Shown here piece after piece: positions 18,618-25,918 of a DNA stretch of 37,773 nt; positions within the stretch are counted from its first letter, which is position 1; the number at the start of each line of letters is the position of its first letter. A model generated the notes under the pieces. That model was not told the origin of the DNA. It did not search any database and saw only the letters and a program-made list of their open reading frames with translations. Source of the stretch: Acidimicrobiia bacterium (lineage in GTDB: Bacteria; Actinomycetota; Acidimicrobiia; Acidimicrobiales; VFJN01); the NCBI GenBank assembly GCA_050247895.1, contig JBFWTJ010000002.1:1-37773 (forward strand). Reading direction: 5' to 3'. The position numbers and the translations under genes were made by a program.

Positions 18618-20318
18618 TCAGGACGGGCGGAGCTGCCGGGCGATCTCGACCAGGATCGCCGGGTCGGATCCGCTGAGTCGGAAGGTGAGACCGGCTCGGT
18701 TCCACGTGACGTAGGCGGCGCGGGGGGCGGGCACGGGCGTGACGCCACGGAGCGGGTCGGAGGCACCGGGCTCGTTGGTCCAGGTGATGATGCCGGTGTC
18801 CGGTCCCCCGGTGGTCACCACCAGGGCGGTGGCCGTCGGCAGGTCGAGGGTTCGGGCCGGGCCGACCTCGTTGACGGACACGTCGTCCCAGGTCGTCACG
18901 GCCAGCTCGACGTCGGCGGTGGGATCCCCGTTGGTGAAGGTCGCCCCGAAGTAGGTGACCGTCCGGTCGTCGGTCGGGGTCCGGGAGGTGCGGTCGACCT
19001 CGTGCATGCCGGGGGGCGGCTCCAGGGCCAGGTCGGTGCCGTCGAAGGTCACGGATGCCGCCGCAGCGGCCAGGACCTCGGTGGTGAGGCCGTGGGCTGA
19101 CACGGTGACGAGGTCACCATCGGAGGAGACCCAGGCCAGGGTGGCGCGGCGACCCTCGTGGGTCAGCCCCGCGGGCCGGCCCGCCACCACGGTGCACTCC
19201 ACGGGTCGGTAGCCGTCGGGGACCTGGCAGTCGGGCTGGACCTCACCGCCCTGGCGGCCGACCGTGACGGCCAGGAGATGGCCTTCGACGGGGTCGATGT
19301 AGGTCACGTCGGCCGTCCAGCACGCTGATCCGGCCGGCTGGCGCTCCTGCACCGTGGTCGTGGCCGGCGCGGCCAGCCGGTAGCCGGCGGGCAACGATGC
19401 CGGGAGCTGCACCACCTGAGCCGCCTCCTCGGGTGTGGCGGGCCGGCTGGCCACCGCGCCGCAACCCTCACCGCCGTCGATGGTCGGGACCCGGATGAGG
19501 GCCAGGGCGGGGTCTCCCGATCCGCCGCCCCGGGATGCCACGACGACCACCGAGGTGACGACGACCGCCGCGGTGGCGACCAGCGCGACCACGAGGGGTC
19601 GCCGAGGAGGAGGGTTCTCGGCCGCCTGGTCCTCCCGCTCGCCGCTCGACCGTGGTCGGACAGTCGGGGACGGAGCCTGACGGGCCGATCCGGATGCAGC
19701 CAGGCGGAAGCGAGGGCGTGGAACGGGCCGTCCGGCGTCCACCCGGCCTCGGACGACCTCGCCGCCGGGGTCCTGGGCATCGTCGGACGGGTTGGACCGG
19801 TGTTCGGGCTTCGCTGGGAGACCGGTCTCGGTGTCGGGGGCCGGCCCGCGCCCGGACAGCGGTTCGACGTGGCGGCTCCGTGCGGCGGTCGTGGGGTTCG
19901 ACCCGTGGTCGACGGTCGTCTGGAGACGAGCCGGGTCGTTGTCGGGGGCGTCGCCGTCGTCCGGCTCCCCTGACTGGAGCGCGGCGGTCATGGGGCGACG
20001 GGTTGCTTCGGCATCGGGGTGGTGGGCATCGGGGGAGGGGCTCGACCGGTGCTCGGGGGTCGCGTGTCGTGGACGGGTCGAGGGTTCCGGGCGGTCCGGC
20101 GCGCTCGAGCTGGGGAGGGCCGCACGGGAGGAGCGGCGGCCCGTCTCGGATGGGTCCTGGAGGGGACGCTCGGTGCGCCGGGTTCCTCGGCGACGTCGAT
20201 GGCCGGCCGGCGTGCCGGCCTGTCGGATGATGGCATCGAGGGCGTCGGGGCGGGTCGTGGTGGTTCGGGCGGCGTCGGCGAGGGCCGCCGCCAGCCGTGC
20301 GGTGAGGTCAGTGGTCAT
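18618..20318 (-). CDS. anti-sigma-factor-like single-pass membrane protein with long disordered cytoplasmic region and two DUF4367-like extracytoplasmic repeats
   Basis: ATG 20316-20318 (MTTDLTARLAAALADAA...) overlaps the sigma gene end by 11 nt. TM helix PLVVALVATAAVVVTSVVVVAS. The ectodomain has LPASLPAGYRL...ATLAWVSSDGDLVTVSAHGLTTEVLAAAAASV and ...AAYVTWNRAGLTFRLSGSDPAILVEIARQL, typical of anti-sigma C-terminal domains. Confidence 0.65.
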   Translation of the reverse strand: MTTDLTARLAAALADAARTTTTRPDALDAIIRQAGTPAGHRRRRGTRRTERPLQDPSETGRRSSRAALPSSSAPDRPEPSTRPRHATPEHRSSPSPDAHHPDAEATRRPMTAALQSGEPDDGDAPDNDPARLQTTVDHGSNPTTAARSRHVEPLSGRGPAPDTETGLPAKPEHRSNPSDDAQDPGGEVVRGRVDAGRPVPRPRFRLAASGSARQAPSPTVRPRSSGEREDQAAENPPPRRPLVVALVATAAVVVTSVVVVASRGGGSGDPALALIRVPTIDGGEGCGAVASRPATPEEAAQVVQLPASLPAGYRLAAPATTTVQERQPAGSACWTADVTYIDPVEGHLLAVTVGRQGGEVQPDCQVPDGYRPVECTVVAGRPAGLTHEGRRATLAWVSSDGDLVTVSAHGLTTEVLAAAAASVTFDGTDLALEPPPGMHEVDRTSRTPTDDRTVTYFGATFTNGDPTADVELAVTTWDDVSVNEVGPARTLDLPTATALVVTTGGPDTGIITWTNEPGASDPLRGVTPVPAPRAAYVTWNRAGLTFRLSGSDPAILVEIARQLRPS

Positions 20319-20817
20319 CGGTGAGCTCTCCGGCGAGTTGGGCGCGGGCACGTGACAGCAGGGACTTGACGGTGCCGGGCCGGCAGCCGAGCGCGTAGGC
20401 GATGTCGGCTTCGGACCAGTCGGCGAAGTAGCGGAGGACGATGGCGGCGCGCTGGCGCAGGGGCAGCCGGCCCACCGCATCCATCACCGAGATCGTGTCG
20501 GGATCGGTCCAGGCCGGGGGTTGCGGCGGCAGTCGTTCGGCGTAGCGCCGCTCGGTGGCGCGTCGGCGCACCCAGGAGGTGCACCGACTCATGACGGCCC
20601 GGCTGAGGTAGGCGTCGGGGGACCGGAGGGCGCCGAACCGCCGACAGAGGTCGGCGAACGCGTCCTGCACGAGCTCCTCGGCCAGGGCGTTGGAGCCGGT
20701 CGTGAGGCGGGCGATCTCGACCAGGGACCGGTAGCGGCCCCGGTAGACGTCGACGAAGGTCCGTCCGGTCTCCGGCCCTGCTCCGGGCGGGATCACAGGT
20801 GGGAGGGGCGAGGTCAC
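20308..20817 (-). CDS. ECF-type RNA polymerase sigma-70 family factor
   Basis: Region 2 AEELVQDAFADLCRRFGALRSPDAYLSRAV and region 4 LPLRQRAAIVLRYFADWSEADIAYALGCRPGTVKSLLSRARAQL. Start is either GTG 20817 or GTG 20796. The 477-aa ORF extension is rejected. Confidence 0.85.
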   Translation of the reverse strand: MTSPLPPVIPPGAGPETGRTFVDVYRGRYRSLVEIARLTTGSNALAEELVQDAFADLCRRFGALRSPDAYLSRAVMSRCTSWVRRRATERRYAERLPPQPPAWTDPDTISVMDAVGRLPLRQRAAIVLRYFADWSEADIAYALGCRPGTVKSLLSRARAQLAGELTDDH

Positions 20818-21397
20818 ACCCGGTCTGGCGCCTGTCGCCCGCGATCGGTTCCCTCGGTCGGCCGGATCCCGTCGCGAGTCCGCACGATCTCCCCCGGTGT
20901 GGCGTCGCCCCACGGTCGGGAGCCTCTCAGAGCCCAGGTGTCGCGAGGTCACTCCCATGCGCGGAGGAGCGAACGGCGGGCCGCCCTTGTCGGCGTTGCA
21001 TCCTCCGCCGGAGCCAGCGGCCGTCATCGTGCGGTGACCTGCCGCTCCGGGGTGACGAGGAGGGCCGTGACGCGATCGCGCCGGTCGCTGGGCCGACCAC
21101 CTCACCGCGCCTGCGCCTCTTCGGCCATGCCGGCTCCACGTCACTCGGCGCAGCGGCTCCTTCACGAGGCGGCTGTCGCGACCCATGAGGTCGCGACGTC
21201 CCTGCTGCAGTGGCGTGGAGGGGCGCGTGCACCCCGCGCAACTCCGCGACCTGGTGTTCTCCACCGGTGCACGTGCTGTTGCAGTCGCGCGTGAGCGCCG
21301 GCGCGTGGCCGTCGGGCTGGTCAGCGCCGTGACTGCGGCTGCCCCGCCCTTGGGCACCTGCCGGCCGCCATGGGCCGTGCACGCACCACAGGGGCGA

Positions 21398-21413
21398 CGT
21401 TCCACGTGGAACA
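21398..21413. promoter_or_regulatory. parS-like site 2 (CGTTCCACGTGGAACA)
   Basis: Perfect 14-bp palindrome at 21399-21412. With flanks, 21395-21415 is the exact reverse complement of 18596-18616 (CCTGTTCCACGTGGAACGTCG). Confidence 0.6.
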
Positions 21414-21463
21414 GGGGCCGCCGGGACCTCGGGCACTTGCTTCGGCGCAGCCGGTCAGAGGGA

Positions 21464-21573
21464 TGTGGCAGAGGGCTCCGCTGCAATCCCTGTTGATGCG
21501 TCCAGGCGAAGCGGTCGAGCGCGTTCTCGGCCGACGAGTGTGGCCAGGGCTCCGCTGCAATCCCTGTTGATGC
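21464..21573 (+). repeat. two 36/35-nt direct repeats separated by a 39-nt unique spacer
   Basis: TGTGGCAGAGGGCTCCGCTGCAATCCCTGTTGATGC (21464-21499) and TGTGGCCAGGGCTCCGCTGCAATCCCTGTTGATGC (21539-21573). A 28-nt core is identical (21472-99 = 21546-73). Each has an internal CAGGG/CCCTG pairing potential. Confidence 0.9.
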
Positions 21574-21781
21574 CCCGAACAGGTCAAGACCCGTCCTCGT
21601 TCGATCCGGAGCACGCCGGTGGCTGAGCTCGCTCTCGGTCGATGTCGGCACCGCCGTGACCGGGGCTCGCGGTGCCACTGCACGGGACGGCCCCGGGGAC
21701 CCTGTTGCCGTAGGTCCTGGGCGTGCCCGCTTCGAGAGCACGGCCGGCCGGGGGAGGACGAGGCTCTACCACTCCGGCGGT

Positions 21782-21795
21782 GCTCCACGTGGAAC
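21782..21795. promoter_or_regulatory. parS-like site 3 (GCTCCACGTGGAAC), 66 nt upstream of the proposed parA start
   Basis: 13/14 match to the local palindrome, and shares the right flank GTCG with sites 1 and 2. Confidence 0.5.
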
Positions 21796-21861
21796 GTCGC
21801 GGAGATTCGAGCGGAGGTCAAGGGTTGCTTGCTTGTGGCCGAGCGGGAGGGGCAGGATGCC

Positions 21862-22986
21862 GTGGTGACCGAACCTCCTGACAGTGCGGTCGAGCGGAGC
21901 CACGCGATCTTCGAGCGGATCCGGGCCGACCGTCAGGTGGACGAGCCACCGGCCGCCGGAGCCGCGTCGCCGGCGCCCGGCGAGCAGCACGCGGTGGCCG
22001 AGGCGGGCGACGATCGCCCGGAGTCGGAGACTTCCCCGTCGATCCCCAGCAACGTGCCGCGACCCCTCCCCGGCGCGGCCGATCTCCCGGCCTCCCTGGT
22101 CGCAGAGCCCGAAGTGCCTGCCGCCGACGCCTCGGACGAGGTCGACGAGCCGGCCGAGGTCGAGTCCATGGAGGCCACGGGCACGGGTGCTTCGCACTTC
22201 GCCCGTCCGCTGCCCCGGATCCTGGCCATCGCCAACCAGAAGGGCGGGGTGGGCAAGACGACCACCGCCGTGAACCTCGGCGCATCGCTGGCTGACCTCG
22301 GCTACCGGGTCCTCGTCGTCGACCTCGATCCCCAGGGCAACGCCAGCACCGGGCTGGGCATCAACATCCGCGACCTCCACGGGTCGATGTACGACGTCAT
22401 CCTCCACGACCTGCCCATCGAGGACTGCATCGAGGCGACCTCGGTCCGGAACCTGTTCGTGGCCCCTTCGTCCCTCGACCTCGCCGGCGCCGAGATCGAG
22501 CTCGTGCCGGCCTTCAGCCGGGAGCAGCGGCTCAAGCGGGCGCTGGAGGAGGTCCGTGACGACTACGACTTCGTCCTGATCGACTGCCCGCCGTCCCTGG
22601 GCCTGCTGACCGTCAACGCCCTGGCCGCGGCGACCGAGATCGTGGTGCCGATCCAGTGCGAGTACTACGCCCTCGAAGGTCTGGGCCAGCTCCTGCGCAA
22701 CGTCGGGCTGGTCCAGAAGAACCTCAACTCCACCCTCGAGGTCAGCGCCATCGTCCTGGTCATGTACGACGCCCGGACCAAGCTGGCCGACCAGGTCGTG
22801 CAGGAGGTCCGGGGCCACTTCGGTGACAAGGTGTGCCGGAACGTCATCCCTCGGACGGTCCGCCTCTCCGAGGCGCCGTCCTTCGGGCAGCCGATCATCG
22901 CGTTCGATTCGTCCTCCCGAGGCGCCATCGCCTACCGGGAGCTGGCCAAGGAGGTGAGCGGTGGTCCGCCGCAGCGGGTTGGGTAG
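21862..22986 (+). CDS. parA: ParA/Soj chromosome-partitioning ATPase with acidic N-terminal extension
   Basis: Deviant Walker A AIANQKGGVGKTTTAVNL, VLVVDLDPQGN, DFVLIDCPPSLG. Start proposed at GTG 21862 (GGGAGG 11 nt upstream). GTG 21835 or other in-frame starts are possible; the ORF is open from 21619. Confidence 0.92.
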   Translation: MVTEPPDSAVERSHAIFERIRADRQVDEPPAAGAASPAPGEQHAVAEAGDDRPESETSPSIPSNVPRPLPGAADLPASLVAEPEVPAADASDEVDEPAEVESMEATGTGASHFARPLPRILAIANQKGGVGKTTTAVNLGASLADLGYRVLVVDLDPQGNASTGLGINIRDLHGSMYDVILHDLPIEDCIEATSVRNLFVAPSSLDLAGAEIELVPAFSREQRLKRALEEVRDDYDFVLIDCPPSLGLLTVNALAAATEIVVPIQCEYYALEGLGQLLRNVGLVQKNLNSTLEVSAIVLVMYDARTKLADQVVQEVRGHFGDKVCRNVIPRTVRLSEAPSFGQPIIAFDSSSRGAIAYRELAKEVSGGPPQRVG

Positions 22987-23860
22987 AGGCCTGGGGGCGC
23001 TGATCCCGACCGAGACGACGGGATCGGCGCCCTCGGCGCTGCGCGAGGTCCCGGTCAACGCCATCGTGCCCAACCCCCACCAGCCTCGGAGCTACTTCGA
23101 CGAGGAGTCCCTGGCCGGGCTCACGGCGTCGATCGCCGAGCTGGGCGTGCTCCAGCCCCTGCTGGTCCAGGCGGCCGACGACGACCGCTACGAGCTCATC
23201 GCGGGGGAGCGGCGCTGGCGAGCGGCCAAGCGGGCCGGCCTCCAGGTCGTGCCGGTCGTGGTGCGCGACCTCAGCGCGGAGGGCTCGCTCGAGGTCGCGC
23301 TGGTCGAGAACCTCCACCGCGACGACCTGAACCCCCTGGAGGAGGCGGCGGCCTACCAGCAGCTCGTCGAGGACTTCGAGCTGACCCAGGAGCAGGTCGC
23401 CCGGCGGGTGGGCAAGTCACGCTCGGCGGTGGCCAACGTGCTGCGACTGCTCCAGCTCCCGCCGGCCATCCAGAAGATGCTGGCCGAGGGCCAGTTGACG
23501 GCCGGGCACGCCAAGGCCCTGCTCGGCACGCCGGACCGCGCCTTCCAGGAGGCCCTCGCGCGTCGCGTGGTGGGCGAGGGACTTTCCGTGCGGGACGTGG
23601 AGGAGGCGGTCCGGCTCCGAGGCGGGCTGGCCGACGCCGATGGGGCGCAGGCCGCACCGTCCGTCCCGGCAGAGGGCGGCGCAACCCGCCGCTTGCGGCC
23701 TCCGGGCCTGCTGGAGCTGGAGGAGCTCCTGGCCGAGCACCTGGCCACCCGGGTCAAGGTCGAGATGGGGGCCAGCCGGGGCAAGGTCACCGTCGACTTC
23801 GCCACCCTCGAGGATCTGGAGCGGATCTACCGGGCCATGACCGAGGGCCGCCCGACCTGA
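22961..23860 (+). CDS. parB: ParB/Spo0J partition protein
   Basis: GTG 22961 with AGGAGG 6 nt upstream, overlapping the parA end by 26 nt. [10 protein letters not shown], arginine patch [39 protein letters not shown]. Confidence 0.93.
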   Translation: MVRRSGLGRGLGALIPTETTGSAPSALREVPVNAIVPNPHQPRSYFDEESLAGLTASIAELGVLQPLLVQAADDDRYELIAGERRWRAAKRAGLQVVPVVVRDLSAEGSLEVALVENLHRDDLNPLEEAAAYQQLVEDFELTQEQVARRVGKSRSAVANVLRLLQLPPAIQKMLAEGQLTAGHAKALLGTPDRAFQEALARRVVGEGLSVRDVEEAVRLRGGLADADGAQAAPSVPAEGGATRRLRPPGLLELEELLAEHLATRVKVEMGASRGKVTVDFATLEDLERIYRAMTEGRPT

Positions 23861-23867
23861 GAACCTG

Positions 23868-23898
23868 GACGACCCTCGACGTGCTGTCGAGGGTCGTC
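23868..23898. terminator. 13-bp perfect hairpin between convergent parB and trxA
   Basis: GACGACCCTCGAC (23868-80) / GTGCT / GTCGAGGGTCGTC (23886-98), 8 nt after the parB stop. The following sequence is only weakly T-rich (CTTGTTG). Confidence 0.55.
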
Positions 23899-24006
23899 GG
23901 GCTCAAGGTCTTGTTGACGCCGTCCACAAGCTGTGTAGAAAGCTGTGGAGAATCCTTGTCCTCGGGCTGAGGTGCGCGCCCTCGGCCTGCGGTCGAGGGT
24001 CGAGGG

Positions 24007-24333
24007 CTAGATGAACTCGCCCAGCTCTTCGAGGAGCTGGCCCTTGCCCTTGGCGCCGACCATGCGCTTGGCCGGCTGACCGTCCTTGAAGACGATGAGC
24101 GTGGGGATGCTCATCACGCCGAAGCGCTGGGCGCTGGCCGGGTTCTCGTCGACGTTGAGCTTGGCGATGTTCAGCTTGCCCGCCTGCTCGGTGGCGATCT
24201 CGTCGAGGATGGGGGCGATCATCTTGCAGGGCCCGCACCACTCGGCCCAGAAGTCGACGATGACGGGCTCGCTCGAGCCCGCGACGACCTCGTCGAAGGT
24301 CGCGTCGGTGAGCTTGGTGATCGCTTCGGCCAT
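24007..24333 (-). CDS. trxA: thioredoxin
   Basis: 108 aa from ATG 24331-24333 ([17 protein letters not shown]...), with active site WAEWCGPCK. Confidence 0.93.
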   Translation of the reverse strand: MAEAITKLTDATFDEVVAGSSEPVIVDFWAEWCGPCKMIAPILDEIATEQAGKLNIAKLNVDENPASAQRFGVMSIPTLIVFKDGQPAKRMVGAKGKGQLLEELGEFI

Positions 24334-24420
24334 TGGGGGAGTCCCTTCTTCTTCGTTGCCTGGACCTTCCAACACCGGGAGGTCGGCGTGGATTCCGCCG
24401 GCCGTCGTGGCCGGGTTCGG

Positions 24421-25407
24421 TCAGCCGTGCTGGGCTTCCAGCCAGCGCTCGGCGTCGATGGCGGCCTGGCAGCCCGAGCCCGCCGCCGTGATGGCCTGGC
24501 GGTAGGTGTGGTCCTGGACGTCGCCGCAGGCGAACACGCCCTCGACGTTGGTCGTCGACGCGCCGCCCCAGCGCCCGGTCACGAGGTAGCCGGAGTCCTC
24601 CATCTCGAGCTGTCCCTTGAACAGGTCGGTGTTGGGCTTGTGCCCGATGGCCACGAACAGGCCGTTGACGGCCAGGTCGGTCACCTCGTCGGTCGTCACG
24701 TCACGGAGGCGGATCCCGGTCACCCGGTCCTCGCCCAGGATCTCCTCGACCACGCTGTTCCAGCGGAACTCGATGCGCTCGTTGGCGTAGGCCCGCTCCT
24801 GCATGATCTTCGAGGCCCGCAGCTCGTCGCGGCGGTGGACCACCACCACCTTGGACGCGAACTTCGTGAGGAACAGGGCCTCCTCCAGCGCCGAGTCGCC
24901 CCCGCCGACCACCGCGATCTCCTGGTCCCGGAAGAAGAAGCCGTCGCAGGTGGCGCAGGTCGACAGGCCGTGGCCGATCAGCTCGCTCTCGTTGGGCAGG
25001 CCCAGCATCAGCGACTGGGCGCCGGTCGACACGATCACGGCCTGGGCCCGGTAGGTGGGCTCGGCCGTGTCGGGATCGCCGACCCACACGCCGAAGGGCC
25101 GGGCCGACAGGTCGACCCGGGTGACGCGCTGGGTGCGGATGTCGGCCCCGAAGCGCAGGGCCTGCTCCCTCACCCGGGTCATGAGCTCGGGGCCCATGAC
25201 CCCCTCGGGGAAGCCGGGGAAGTTCTCGACCTCGGTCGTCAGCATGAGCTGGCCGCCGGGCTGGTCCGAGGTCGAGGACGGCTCGCCCTCGATCACCAGC
25301 GGGTGCAGGTTGGCCCGCGCGGTGTAGACCGCCGCGGTCAGGCCGGCGGGGCCCGAACCGATGATGATCACGTCGCGGATCTCGTCCGCCGAGGTCGTCT
25401 CGTCCAT
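24421..25407 (-). CDS. trxB: thioredoxin-disulfide reductase
   Basis: FAD motif IIIGSGPAGLTAAVY, redox-active CATCDG, NADPH motif VVGGGDSALEEA, C-terminal FACGDV. Confidence 0.95.
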   Translation of the reverse strand: MDETTSADEIRDVIIIGSGPAGLTAAVYTARANLHPLVIEGEPSSTSDQPGGQLMLTTEVENFPGFPEGVMGPELMTRVREQALRFGADIRTQRVTRVDLSARPFGVWVGDPDTAEPTYRAQAVIVSTGAQSLMLGLPNESELIGHGLSTCATCDGFFFRDQEIAVVGGGDSALEEALFLTKFASKVVVVHRRDELRASKIMQERAYANERIEFRWNSVVEEILGEDRVTGIRLRDVTTDEVTDLAVNGLFVAIGHKPNTDLFKGQLEMEDSGYLVTGRWGGASTTNVEGVFACGDVQDHTYRQAITAAGSGCQAAIDAERWLEAQHG

Positions 25408-25453
25408 CGTCCCTTTGCCTTCGATGCCGGTCGAGCTGGTGAACAGGATACCC

Positions 25454-25825
25454 CTACGGGGTATTCCCGGGAGCCTTCCGCCGTGACCAGAGCACCATGC
25501 CGCCGATGGTGAAGACCAGCCCGACCAGGAGGTGGGCGGCCCACGTGTGCCGCTCGCCGAACCAGGCGTCGGGCAGGTAGGCGTCGACGAAGCGGACGGC
25601 GGCGATGGCGCTCAGGATCGCCACGGCCAGCCCGACGACCCCGGCGAACAGCCCGTACACGGCCACCCGGGCCACCTTGATCGCCGGTCCGGTGGTCTTG
25701 TCGCGGACCGTGCCCACCAGCCGCTCGATCGTGTCGGCGGCCTGGGCCGGCCAGTCACCGGTCGGTTCCGCCGCCGTCGTGCCGGGACGGCCTTGGCTCT
25801 TGGCGCCGGAGCGCTGCCTGGGCAT
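25454..25825 (-). CDS. small membrane protein of unknown function (two predicted TM helices)
   Basis: ATG 25825. VAVYGLFAGVVGLAVAILSAIAAV and HLLVGLVFTIGGMVLW are hydrophobic segments; third codon positions look G/C-rich. No family recognised. Confidence 0.6.
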   Translation of the reverse strand: MPRQRSGAKSQGRPGTTAAEPTGDWPAQAADTIERLVGTVRDKTTGPAIKVARVAVYGLFAGVVGLAVAILSAIAAVRFVDAYLPDAWFGERHTWAAHLLVGLVFTIGGMVLWSRRKAPGNTP

Positions 25826-25918
25826 GGGGCGACAGGGTACCCAGGTGCCGTCCGCCGCTGGGGATCCACGCCGGCCCGAGCTGGGCCCGGCCCGGCGATC
25901 CCGGCCCGTCGCGCCCGC

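Noticed and set aside
18699-18712. GTTCCACGTGACGT, and GCTCCACGTCACTC at 21132-21145, as further parS sites
   Set aside because: Only the left half-site plus the core matches (about 10/14), the palindrome is lost, and the first lies inside a CDS.
21464-21573. Calling the direct repeats a CRISPR array
   Set aside because: There are only two repeat copies and one spacer, the 5' repeat ends differ by an indel, no cas gene is in the 37.8-kb window, and the repeat is not one I recognise. It is kept as a repeat feature and an open finding rather than a CRISPR call.
20818-21741. N-terminal extension of the ECF sigma ORF (477-aa reading frame)
   Set aside because: The extension is Arg/Ser/Pro/Cys-rich with no sigma region 1-like sequence. 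A sampled stretch had about 75% G/C at third positions, far from coding-like for this genome, and it runs across the parS-like site and the direct repeats.
25446-25466. Hairpin GGATACCCC/TAC/GGGGTATTC at the end of the small membrane-protein gene as a terminator upstream of trxB
   Set aside because: The stem is short, includes a G-T pair and is not followed by a T-tract on the minus strand. It overlaps the stop codon and may be incidental.
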